Source: Pseudobdellovibrionaceae bacterium (GTDB lineage: Bacteria > Bdellovibrionota > Bdellovibrionia > Bdellovibrionales > Bdellovibrionaceae). Taken from it: 24,901 nt of DNA. Location of the stretch: NCBI GenBank assembly GCA_039810425.1, contig JBDHWW010000042.1:1-24901 (forward strand). The letters run 5' to 3'. The position numbers were made by a program, and so were the translations under genes. The notes under the pieces were generated by a model, which had not been told where the DNA came from, searched no databases, and was given only the letters and a program-made list of their open reading frames with translations. This document shows, piece by piece, positions 16,848 to 24,901 of this stretch (within the stretch, counting starts at the first letter, position 1; each line of letters begins with the position of its first letter).

Positions 16848-17459
16848 ATGATTCAAATTTACGGGTCTCCAAAAAGCAGCGCAGGTCGCTGCTTTTTGAT
16901 GTTAGAAGAATGTGGTTTAAACTATCAAGTCATGCCCCTGGATATGGGAAAAAAGGAACACAAGGCTGAGCACTTCTTAAAGCTCAACCCCAACGGCAAA
17001 GTTCCGTGCATTGTCGACGACGGCTTCGTGTTGTGGGAATCGGCCGCCATCGTTCAATACCTGGCGCAGAAATATAAGCCTGAAATGCTGGGTACTAGCC
17101 TGAAGGACAAAGCGATGGTTCAGCAATGGTCATTCTGGACTATGACAGAGGCGCAACCTCCCCTCGTGGATATCCTGATTCAAAAGGTTTTCATGCCAGC
17201 GGATAAGCGCGATCATGCGTTGATTGAGCGTTGCGAGAAGAAGCTGCCGAATCTTTTTGTCGTTTTGGAAAATGAACTAAAAAACAAAAAGTTCTTGGTC
17301 GGCGAAACTTATTCCGTGGCGGACGTCATGGTCGCTTCAGCAACGAACCTAGCGCTGAGCCTCGGGATTGACTTTAGCCAATACCCAAACATCAAATCCT
17401 GGATGGCCGAAATTTCCAGCCGGCCTGCATGGCGCAAATTCGCCGAGCTTCGCATGTAG
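16848..17459 (+). CDS. Glutathione S-transferase family protein
   Basis: LNPNGKVP, LWESAAIVQYLA and FLVGETYSVADV motifs. GAGG RBS before ATG 16848. Confidence 0.93.
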   Translation: MIQIYGSPKSSAGRCFLMLEECGLNYQVMPLDMGKKEHKAEHFLKLNPNGKVPCIVDDGFVLWESAAIVQYLAQKYKPEMLGTSLKDKAMVQQWSFWTMTEAQPPLVDILIQKVFMPADKRDHALIERCEKKLPNLFVVLENELKNKKFLVGETYSVADVMVASATNLALSLGIDFSQYPNIKSWMAEISSRPAWRKFAELRM

Positions 17460-17470
17460 CTATGGTTTGT

Positions 17471-17507
17471 GCGGAGCCCTGAGCGGCTCCGCCGGCCTTC
17501 GCGAGGC
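17471..17507. repeat. GC-rich tandem hairpins (REP-like or terminator element)
   Basis: GCGGAGCC-CTGAGC-GGCTCCGC followed by GCCT-TCGCG-AGGC, between convergent genes. No U-tract. Confidence 0.45.
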
Positions 17508-17639
17508 GAGCGACTGGACAGCCAATCCCGAGTTGAAAATTGCATCACTCATTCCATCCGTCAATCCCCAGTAACTGAGGGGATACAAATGTCCTGTAAC
17601 TGCAATAACGCCTCTAAATTAGAAACACTAAATTAAGAT

Positions 17640-18854
17640 TCAGACCTGGTATTTATATTTCCGGGCGAAGATGAGGCAGAGAACTTCCAAGCCGCCGTTA
17701 CTGAAGGTTAGGCCCTTTTGTTTTTTGTAGCCTTCGGGGGGCTTTAGGCTCCGTACGCTTGTTTTGTTTGGCAATAACACGCCGATTTTTTCCGCCGCGA
17801 ATTTGTCGGCTATTTTTTGGATCAGGGCTTGATATGAGAACTCCGCTTGGCCCTCGACATTCAAACGCTCTCCGTACGGCGGATTCGCTAAACACCATAC
17901 AGGGCCCAAGGTCTTCTTTTCACCTCCAAAAAGATTCGCCACTTCGAACCGGACTTTGAGATTCTTGACTTCGACCCTTGATTCCAACTTCGCCAGATTT
18001 TCGCGCGCAGCCTCGATCACATCAGCATCTATATCAAAACCCCAGTAAGCTTTAAACGGGGCGGTGTCTGGAATTTGCTTGTAGTTTTTCTTCAATAGCG
18101 GGCTCTTGAAAATCTTCGGCGTGTTTTTCCACTCGAGAAATGCGTACGCGCGATCGAAAACCGGTTGCCACAGACTTGTCGCCTCCAACACCAACGTGCC
18201 CGAACCACACATGGGATCGACGAAAGCCACCTGCTGGGTTTTTGTCGCCGGCACGCCCTCCATCATTTCCATAATCATGTATGCGGCCAGCGTCTCGCGC
18301 AAAGGCGCTTCACCCTTTAAGAGGCCCCAGCCGCGTTTGTGGAGGTGCTCTCCGGTGCTATCCAGGCTCAATGTGCAAAGGTCATCATGTAGACGCACAT
18401 AAACCGTTTGCTTTGTCTTTGCTGGCCCTTGGATTTTACCCGCAACCTTCGCAAAGGCCTCCGCGCAAACGTCTTCGATGCGCTTTTCGTTGTTCAGGCG
18501 CGATTTGCTGGCCGCGACCTGCCACTCGATACCGGGGCCATTTAAAAAGTGGTCCCAGGGTATCCTCTGAATTTTCTCAAAGAGCTTTGGGAAGTCGCGG
18601 ACTTTAAACTCCGCCAAACGCCATAGCACACGATGCGCGGTTTTCAGAAAGAAATTCAGCTGCAGACCTAAAGGCAGCGGAGCTCTCACCAGAACACCCC
18701 CGTTGCCGAGAACCATCTCCGGCAACGGTGCCCGATTCGGCTGGCCGTTGATTTCAATCATCAGAGGCCAGGCTCGGCGAACCTCCGCCGCGACGGACTC
18801 TTCCAAACCTAAAGCGCAAGAAATATAAAATGACGAAACTGTTTCAGCGGCCAT
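17640..18854 (-). CDS. THUMP-domain class I SAM-dependent RNA methyltransferase (RlmL-like)
   Basis: CALGLE, LSLDSTGEHLHKRGW, APLRETLAA, DPMCGSGT, GFDID and NPPYGERL motifs. Confidence 0.92.
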   Translation of the reverse strand: MAAETVSSFYISCALGLEESVAAEVRRAWPLMIEINGQPNRAPLPEMVLGNGGVLVRAPLPLGLQLNFFLKTAHRVLWRLAEFKVRDFPKLFEKIQRIPWDHFLNGPGIEWQVAASKSRLNNEKRIEDVCAEAFAKVAGKIQGPAKTKQTVYVRLHDDLCTLSLDSTGEHLHKRGWGLLKGEAPLRETLAAYMIMEMMEGVPATKTQQVAFVDPMCGSGTLVLEATSLWQPVFDRAYAFLEWKNTPKIFKSPLLKKNYKQIPDTAPFKAYWGFDIDADVIEAARENLAKLESRVEVKNLKVRFEVANLFGGEKKTLGPVWCLANPPYGERLNVEGQAEFSYQALIQKIADKFAAEKIGVLLPNKTSVRSLKPPEGYKKQKGLTFSNGGLEVLCLIFARKYKYQV

Positions 18855-19873
18855 CAGAACCTCCAGTAGAGGTCGGCATTAAAGTAATAACCGTCTTTCA
18901 CGTTATAGATCAGGTTCGAGATATCCGTCGTGCTCACTCCTGATAATAAATGCATGTGATCCCAAATCCACATGTAAGAAACGTAACCCCCGACGGTTTT
19001 ATTTTGAAAGTTGTACGAAGGGCCCAGCAATACCCGGTTCCAGTCACTCATAATAAACTCATACCCGGACTGCAAAGAGCTTGTTCCGGCGATTTTTAAA
19101 GCCGTCTGGTTTTTGGCGCTGTCGTAGGTCGCCAGAGCCAAGGTTAAGTTCGTATGTGAAATCACATTCTCCGAGGATACGGAGTCCCAAAACACGGTCA
19201 TATTGATGGCACCCTCTTTAGTCTCTGGGGACTGATAGGCATTCATCCCGAGGGAAACGACATTGGAATCCGAATCGATGAATTTATACTTCCCTTGAAG
19301 GTTTGGCGCATCCAGAAAGTTTCCCGGCAAAACGCTGCCGACGGTGAACTTCGAAGTCACGCCATAGTCGAAGTAGCCGACAATATTAATCAGATACTCC
19401 CCTGCGCGAAGAGTCTGTGCCGTTTCACCGACACTTAAACCCATGAACACGAGCGCTTTATAGCTCGACGACGCCGCCGGATCTTCGTTCTTCATGATCA
19501 ACTCAGTGGTACCTCGGTATTCTTGATGGAATGTATTAAAGTCCATACGATAAAGGACGTCCCCGAGTTGGATCATCGCGAATTTCGAATGGCGAATAAG
19601 GCGGGCTCTCAAATGAAACTGTCCATCCCCTTCCGTCATTACGCTTTCAATTTGCACGAAGCCAATAATACCTTGAGAAGTGTCACGGCTTTGAACGACC
19701 AGGATCTCGCCGATTTTAAATTCCGAATAGGCGGTCAGTACCGTGAGCGTAGTTGCGGTGTCGATGGACTGCACGTATCCCCGCGCCCAATCATTGTCGA
19801 AAGCCAGGCTTTTATCCAGAGCCCACGCCCGCCAAGAAAATAAACTCAGGATTAAACACGCAATGTACTTCAT
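18854..19873 (-). CDS. Probable outer-membrane beta-barrel protein with an N-terminal beta domain
   Basis: Signal peptide ending AWA, amphipathic strands and C-terminal YFNADLYWRF (BAM-type terminal Phe). It overlaps both neighbours. Confidence 0.7.
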   Translation of the reverse strand: MKYIACLILSLFSWRAWALDKSLAFDNDWARGYVQSIDTATTLTVLTAYSEFKIGEILVVQSRDTSQGIIGFVQIESVMTEGDGQFHLRARLIRHSKFAMIQLGDVLYRMDFNTFHQEYRGTTELIMKNEDPAASSSYKALVFMGLSVGETAQTLRAGEYLINIVGYFDYGVTSKFTVGSVLPGNFLDAPNLQGKYKFIDSDSNVVSLGMNAYQSPETKEGAINMTVFWDSVSSENVISHTNLTLALATYDSAKNQTALKIAGTSSLQSGYEFIMSDWNRVLLGPSYNFQNKTVGGYVSYMWIWDHMHLLSGVSTTDISNLIYNVKDGYYFNADLYWRF

Positions 19874-21021
19874 AACGCCTTTTTAAAAACCTTCTCAAAG
19901 CTCATAAGCATCACAAATGAAACGGCCAGGGCCACAGGCCCCACCCATAACGCCATACTAATTCCGTAGCGATCCGTCAAATATCCCACAAGACCGTGCA
20001 TGCACACAGTAAAAAATGACTGTATTGCCATGCTGTATGAAACAGCTAAGTCCATGTTCTTTTCGTAATGGCCGGCCGTGTACAAAACCGCCAGTGGATA
20101 GAACGGAGCCATAAACAGCCCCGAAAGCGCTAAGAAGAAGGGAAAACCCTGCAAACCAATCGCGCAGGCTAGCATTGAGCTCACCAAAAAGAACCCGAGC
20201 ATCCGGCGCAGCCGCCATTTAAAGTGCACAAATGTAAACAACAACCGGCCTGCCAAAAGAAAAAAGAAGAAACCGGTTAAGTAATAACTCGACTGTTGAA
20301 GGTCCATCTCCAGTTCACGACGGACAAAGAGCGGCAAACGCGATGACACCATAATTTCCGCAAGAACATAAAATGCCAAAGTCACGGCCAGATAAATCTG
20401 CCCAAAGTGATCCTTACGGGTCTGTGGCGCCGGCGGAGTCAACGCCGACACCGCGGACTGGCGCTCTGCCGTGCCACGATCATGCCAGAAAAAAGAGCCC
20501 ACCAGCAACGCCACAGGCACAGTCGCCACGACATAAAAAACCTGGCGCCATGAACCCAGCCAAGAACTAAAAACCGCCACTGTGAGAGGGGCTAAAACCG
20601 AAGCCAGGCCATAATTGGAATGCAGCCCCGCCAGCATCTGCTGACGTTTGTTCGGTAACGACCCCACGCTGACAAGGACGTTCTGAATCACACCGACAAT
20701 CCCGAGGCTTGCTCCGAAGATCGCCGAAAAAAAAAGCATCCAGCCAAAGTCTTGAACCGACCCCATGCCGCCCAGGCCCACGGCCATCAAGAAGAGTGAA
20801 AACTGCAGAGTGCGAATGCGGCTCCAACGCAGAAGCAACAATCGCACCAAGAGGCTCCCGAGGATACCGCAGAAAGAACTGATCGCGTAGTAAACCGCGC
20901 CTTGAGTATCGCTGACGTGAAAAGCTTGGATGATCTCTGGGAATAACGGACCACGAATATTGTCACTAATCCCTAAAGCAAAGAGACTTAAGTACGCTAA
21001 AACGATGTATCCCCAAATCAC
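19870..21021 (-). CDS. MFS transporter (FucP/TsgA-like)
   Basis: About 12 TM segments with GPLFPEI, LHSNYGLASVLAP and GRLL motifs. GTGA/ATGA overlaps with neighbours. Confidence 0.88.
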   Translation of the reverse strand: MIWGYIVLAYLSLFALGISDNIRGPLFPEIIQAFHVSDTQGAVYYAISSFCGILGSLLVRLLLLRWSRIRTLQFSLFLMAVGLGGMGSVQDFGWMLFFSAIFGASLGIVGVIQNVLVSVGSLPNKRQQMLAGLHSNYGLASVLAPLTVAVFSSWLGSWRQVFYVVATVPVALLVGSFFWHDRGTAERQSAVSALTPPAPQTRKDHFGQIYLAVTLAFYVLAEIMVSSRLPLFVRRELEMDLQQSSYYLTGFFFFLLAGRLLFTFVHFKWRLRRMLGFFLVSSMLACAIGLQGFPFFLALSGLFMAPFYPLAVLYTAGHYEKNMDLAVSYSMAIQSFFTVCMHGLVGYLTDRYGISMALWVGPVALAVSFVMLMSFEKVFKKAL

Positions 21022-23357
21022 TTCGTGGCCGCCTGACTCTTCAAAACATTGAAAACTTGAAGAATCTTATCACGGCCCACATCCTCCAGGCTACCAAAAG
21101 CCTTTTGCGTTTGGAACAAAGTGTATTCCCCGAGCGTTGGTTTTTTTCCTTTATAGACGAGGAACAAGAAGAAATCCGTCACCATAAAGTCCGCCTTGAC
21201 CGGCGATACGCTTTTCATAAACTCAAGAAAGCGCGGCGCGGCCTTTTTGAGTTCTTCCCTATTCAACTTGCCGTCATGGTTTTCATCATAAACGCTCATC
21301 AGACTTTCAGTGTAATGCAAAAGCATCACCGCTGTCCGCAGCTCCGAAGTTTCGACTTTGCCCCCTTGAGAGGGCGCCGCCCGCGCCGAGGCCATCAAGT
21401 TGCCGTAGAAGGCCTTCCACTGATCGTCTTTCATAGGCATGATTTCGAGAACCATGCCCGGAAGATTGTTAAAGTATCTTGGAAAATTTCGGCGCAGAAC
21501 GGCGCTAAAACATGTTTCGTCCATCCAAGGATAGTCAAAAACATCACGATCGTTTAAAGCACATGTTTTCAGCAAATCCAGGCGAATGGACTCCGCCGAA
21601 GACATTCCCCCGGAAACGAGGAGGCTGACGAAATCAAACGTCTCGTTGGCATCCATCACGTTGTCACCGTTACCACCAGAAGTAAAAAAATTCGCTTCTT
21701 TAAAACTGCGGGCTCCGGAGTTCACGCTGCGCGGATCAAAAGCTTTGAGTTCAACACCGAGTGTATTGAAGTCCGAGTACCACTGTTCAAGGCCAGACTC
21801 GACAATGTTTTCCCGAGAAAGAACCGGATTGTGGGTATTGCCGTAGCCCAAAAGCATCGCTCGGCTCAAAGCACGCATGACGTTCCAGCGAGTGAGGGAG
21901 CCCCATGTCTGACGATACAAATCCGGGCGTCCCATGATGACTTGACGGCCATCCTGATTAAAGAAAACCGGAAACTTACGAATAAGAAGCGCCTTGCCCT
22001 CAATCCAGGCCTCGCGCAGAGCCTCTTGTTCCAAACTTTCAACGGAATAATTATCCGCAATGGCTTTGTCGGCGTTAAAGCCCTTTACCGCTCCGTCGAT
22101 TTCAGTAAAACTGATCGTGCTTTGGGCATCGAATTTTAAACTGTCGATAAACTCCTGATGGAGTTGAAAGATTTTAACTTCGTGCTTAAGGGCCACGATG
22201 TGGTTGCGCTCAAGCCCTACGAGGCCGCGTGAGTCGCCCCGGCGCTGGGGATCCAGCATCCTTAAGATGACTTTCTTATAAGTTTCTTTGATCGATGCCG
22301 AGCTGAGACCCCTTGGCATAAAACCACGGGTTTCCATGGTATCGAGGAGGTTGTCGATGCTTGCAAACGAAATGACGCCATCACGCTGAACCGGCAAGCT
22401 CTTCTCGAGAAGGTCCAGCGCGTCTTTGAATACAAGCACCACCGCTTTTTCCAGTTCCAGCGGACTCATTTGTTTTGGTTTAAAAAGCCCCAGGGGAAAC
22501 TGCGTCGCCGGGTCCTCGATTTTAATGAAGTAAACATAGCGCAAAGCCTCGCGATAAACACCCATAACCGTGTTGAGGGCCACATGCCAGTCTTGAGTAT
22601 TTCTGAGGTTGTTGCGATCTCCAATCAAAACATTTTTTGCGGCCTCCACCAGGACAAAGTGACTGCCAAGTTTTGCCGTCAGATAAAATGGTTCCGCCAC
22701 ATTGATGAACTTCTCCAGACCGTCCATGAACTTCTTAAGATCCTCGAAAGAATAATTGGAGTTCGCCACGTCGATTTGCTTAAATATCTGCCAGATCCCC
22801 TCGGAAAACTGATCCGTGGCCTGATCCACCTGAATCCAAGTCGGCTGTTTGTTTGCAGCCAGAAGTGTCGGCATATAAGGCGCCACTTTCGTGGCTTGAT
22901 CGCGAACAACATCAAGAAGTTCCACCAGACGCTGAATCTCGGTTTTGGTGATATACTTGTCTGAACCGCCGAGAAGAACTTGTTTTAATTTAAACAACTC
23001 GCCGCCAAACTCGGAGCTCACGTTGTTCTTTTTAAGAAAGTACTTACCGAAGAAGTTACGCAAGTCTTCCATGGTGTAAGCATCTGGAAAAGTCCCTTTG
23101 GTTTTATTCTTAAAATAAACCAAAGCATCTTTGGCGCAGTCAAATCCGCCGTGAATGTCGCTATCACTGACCGTTCCTTGCAGGAACTGGTTAATTTCTT
23201 CAGGCAGAGCCTGCAAGCACGTAAAACGCGCATTGGACATTTCAATCGTCTGCGGAGACTCCCGTTTTTCATCTAAAAAATTAGTGCAGGACACCGCCCC
23301 CGCCAAGGTGACCGCCAAAAGCAAACTCACGGAAGAGAGCGTCTTCTTAGAAAACAT
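21018..23357 (-). CDS. Large helical lipoprotein with EF-hand calcium-binding loop(s) (779 aa)
   Basis: Lipobox-like AVSC at residue 24, a canonical EF loop DENHDGKLNREE (21252-21287) and a degenerate loop GGNGDNVMDANE. Confidence 0.8.
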   Translation of the reverse strand: MFSKKTLSSVSLLLAVTLAGAVSCTNFLDEKRESPQTIEMSNARFTCLQALPEEINQFLQGTVSDSDIHGGFDCAKDALVYFKNKTKGTFPDAYTMEDLRNFFGKYFLKKNNVSSEFGGELFKLKQVLLGGSDKYITKTEIQRLVELLDVVRDQATKVAPYMPTLLAANKQPTWIQVDQATDQFSEGIWQIFKQIDVANSNYSFEDLKKFMDGLEKFINVAEPFYLTAKLGSHFVLVEAAKNVLIGDRNNLRNTQDWHVALNTVMGVYREALRYVYFIKIEDPATQFPLGLFKPKQMSPLELEKAVVLVFKDALDLLEKSLPVQRDGVISFASIDNLLDTMETRGFMPRGLSSASIKETYKKVILRMLDPQRRGDSRGLVGLERNHIVALKHEVKIFQLHQEFIDSLKFDAQSTISFTEIDGAVKGFNADKAIADNYSVESLEQEALREAWIEGKALLIRKFPVFFNQDGRQVIMGRPDLYRQTWGSLTRWNVMRALSRAMLLGYGNTHNPVLSRENIVESGLEQWYSDFNTLGVELKAFDPRSVNSGARSFKEANFFTSGGNGDNVMDANETFDFVSLLVSGGMSSAESIRLDLLKTCALNDRDVFDYPWMDETCFSAVLRRNFPRYFNNLPGMVLEIMPMKDDQWKAFYGNLMASARAAPSQGGKVETSELRTAVMLLHYTESLMSVYDENHDGKLNREELKKAAPRFLEFMKSVSPVKADFMVTDFFLFLVYKGKKPTLGEYTLFQTQKAFGSLEDVGRDKILQVFNVLKSQAATK

Positions 23358-24699
23358 AAGCAGCTCCCACCATGAACCGGTCTAAGTTTTTATACTGGGC
23401 GATTTCGTTCTGATTTTTCGCCGTCAGCTCACCCGCGCGAACAAGCTCCAGTTCGCTAAAGCCGCTCCAAAGTGAGCTCAAACGATAATTCAACATCCAC
23501 TGAATATATTCAAAGTCATTCTGTGCGCTCATGGTATAGCTGGCATGCGAGGTCAGACGGCGGTTGTTCTTCAGTAAGAACCGGTTGTCCATGGAGACCT
23601 TCACCGCCTGTTGGAACGGGTAGCGCATCGTCAGCGGCGCCCGATCCGCGCTTGCCATATCTCCGACCTCACGCACTTCGCCGCCATAAATATGGATCCC
23701 TTGCAACGAGATCGTGGTTGTTTTGAAAATCAGTTCCACAAACGGGCTCACCAAGGTCGCATCTTGGAATTGCGGATACGTCCACTTCCCATCGAATTCG
23801 AGATCTTTTTGCGGGCGATCGTAAACGCCGCTCAAGCCATATCGAAAGTATCCCATCTTATGGGACAAATCGAGACCGCCCAATGAATGGAAAAACACTT
23901 GCGGCTTCAAATCCACAACCCCGCGGAGCTTGCTTGTATCCAGCAAGCCACTATAGCCGAGGGCGAGCTCGTTTGAAGGCTTATACATGTAAGACATCTG
24001 CGCAAAAGCCTCCTCAGGATTCCCGAAGTTTAACTTTGCACCGTAGCTGGTTTGGAAAACCACTTGGGTTTCTTGCGGACGCTCGAAGTTATAATCGACA
24101 TCCGTCACTTCTTGGAAAATACGTACTGACTCCGGTGGACGACGGAACCATGGATTGCCACGCACGAAGACACCGTTAGAAATTTCAAACGTCGGCCCTT
24201 GATTTGGAATAAACAGCGGGGAGGCGAACATCGTTACCGAATAAAACTCACGGTCGGCCTGCCAGAAAAGACCTGAAAGACCTTGTTGCTGCGGACTCAG
24301 CGGGTTCCACTGAAAGAGCGGTTGCCACAAACCGAAATCCCAGCGCCGATCGAGCTCATTCCAATTCATCAACTTACGGCCAATGAAGAGCTTTTCGTTC
24401 TCGGAAGGCTTCGTTTGAAAATAAATTTCCGTGATGTTTAAGGAGTTCAGCAATGGTGCACCGAAAGCCACCGCACCGTCGATATCCATCTTTAGCATAT
24501 CATCGGTCAACGGCGAGCTCTTCAGGCCCAAGCCCACGAATTGATAGCTCGATTTCTGATTGGCCTCAAAGGATGGACTGATAAAGGAGTCCGAGAACAG
24601 GCGAAAATCTGAACGCAATTGCGCCATAGCCTGACCACCCAAAAAGGTCAGTCCCAGGATCAGGGTAATGGCTCTAGGCAATACGTTCTTTCTCAGCAT
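23347..24699 (-). CDS. Probable outer-membrane beta-barrel (porin/exporter-like) protein
   Basis: ATG 24699 follows CAGGAG. Signal peptide ends AMA. EIYF...LFIGRKLMNW...D.W is typical of porin/alginate-export-like barrels, and the C-terminus is GAAYVF. Confidence 0.75.
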   Translation of the reverse strand: MLRKNVLPRAITLILGLTFLGGQAMAQLRSDFRLFSDSFISPSFEANQKSSYQFVGLGLKSSPLTDDMLKMDIDGAVAFGAPLLNSLNITEIYFQTKPSENEKLFIGRKLMNWNELDRRWDFGLWQPLFQWNPLSPQQQGLSGLFWQADREFYSVTMFASPLFIPNQGPTFEISNGVFVRGNPWFRRPPESVRIFQEVTDVDYNFERPQETQVVFQTSYGAKLNFGNPEEAFAQMSYMYKPSNELALGYSGLLDTSKLRGVVDLKPQVFFHSLGGLDLSHKMGYFRYGLSGVYDRPQKDLEFDGKWTYPQFQDATLVSPFVELIFKTTTISLQGIHIYGGEVREVGDMASADRAPLTMRYPFQQAVKVSMDNRFLLKNNRRLTSHASYTMSAQNDFEYIQWMLNYRLSSLWSGFSELELVRAGELTAKNQNEIAQYKNLDRFMVGAAYVF

Positions 24700-24724
24700 G
24701 AATTCTCCTGCCAGGGCCTTAATC

Positions 24725-24740
24725 ATCAAATCCTATGCCC
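24725..24740 (-). promoter_or_regulatory. Putative sigma54-like promoter (GG-N10-GA variant)
   Basis: Minus strand reads GGGCATAGGATTTGAT. The palindrome TGTCAAATATTGGACA lies upstream at 24780-24795. Confidence 0.4.
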
Positions 24741-24824
24741 GAAAAACCTGGCCCTAGCGCCAATTCTCCCCTCTTGGGGTGTCAAATATTGGACAGGCGA
24801 CGTTTTTCGGCCCTCGTGAAGAAA

Positions 24825-24900
24825 GCCTCTCGGGTTTTAGCTGTGGGTAGGTTTCATGCCAGGCTGCTATATTTGAATAGGCGCCGTGTATCCATGTGTC
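24825..24900. repeat. Right copy of the 76-bp terminal inverted repeat
   Basis: Exact reverse complement of 1-76. Confidence 0.95.
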
Positions 24901-24901
24901 T

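Noticed and set aside
10678..16856. Long minus-strand ORFs (e.g. 10678-11334, 12638-13114, 16500-16856)
   Set aside because: They lie fully antisense to well-supported genes and are explained by codon bias.
77..24824. CRISPR array, tRNA, rRNA, reverse transcriptase or anti-phage defence genes
   Set aside because: I saw no regularly spaced direct repeats, cloverleaf/T-loop signatures, rRNA motifs or recognisable RT/defence domains by eye. A tRNAscan, Infernal or DefenseFinder run would be needed to exclude them formally.
1..24901. Linear plasmid, phage or polinton-like replicon with terminal inverted repeats
   Set aside because: No DNA polymerase, terminal protein, capsid, integrase or replication gene is present. 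The content is chromosomal housekeeping plus envelope genes, and the repeat length fits an assembly k-mer overlap.

Overview
This 24.9-kb window looks like a chromosomal contig from a Bdellovibrio-like bacterium. That assignment is inferred from FNNC-type lipoboxes, many orphan secreted/lipoprotein genes and GTCTCA-N3-TGAGAC-like intergenic palindromes. Both ends carry the same 76-bp sequence in inverted orientation (1-76 and 24825-24900), most likely two copies of a multicopy mobile element at which the assembly broke. Recognisable genes are a DUF4105-like protein, a deoxyhypusine-synthase-like protein, TcdA, TatD, DedA, an RluA-family pseudouridine synthase, an EEP nuclease/phosphatase lipoprotein, a GST, a THUMP/RlmL-like methyltransferase and an MFS transporter. 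A truncated IS1/IS1595-like transposase N-terminus is also present. The most interesting element is an uncharacterised four-gene envelope operon (12171-16826): a secreted CxxCH protein, a lipoprotein, a Tat-exported DUF1501/DUF1552-like putative metalloenzyme and a di-heme cytochrome c lipoprotein, followed directly by a GST. It is preceded by clustered operator-like palindromes, a possible sigma28 promoter and a ~150-nt structured leader with two alternative folds. A second orphan operon (17640-24699) couples two predicted outer-membrane beta-barrels, an EF-hand lipoprotein and an MFS permease. Two small ORFs missed by the ORF track (1112-1291 and 5033-5179) were found by hand. All family assignments come from motif recognition, not database searches.
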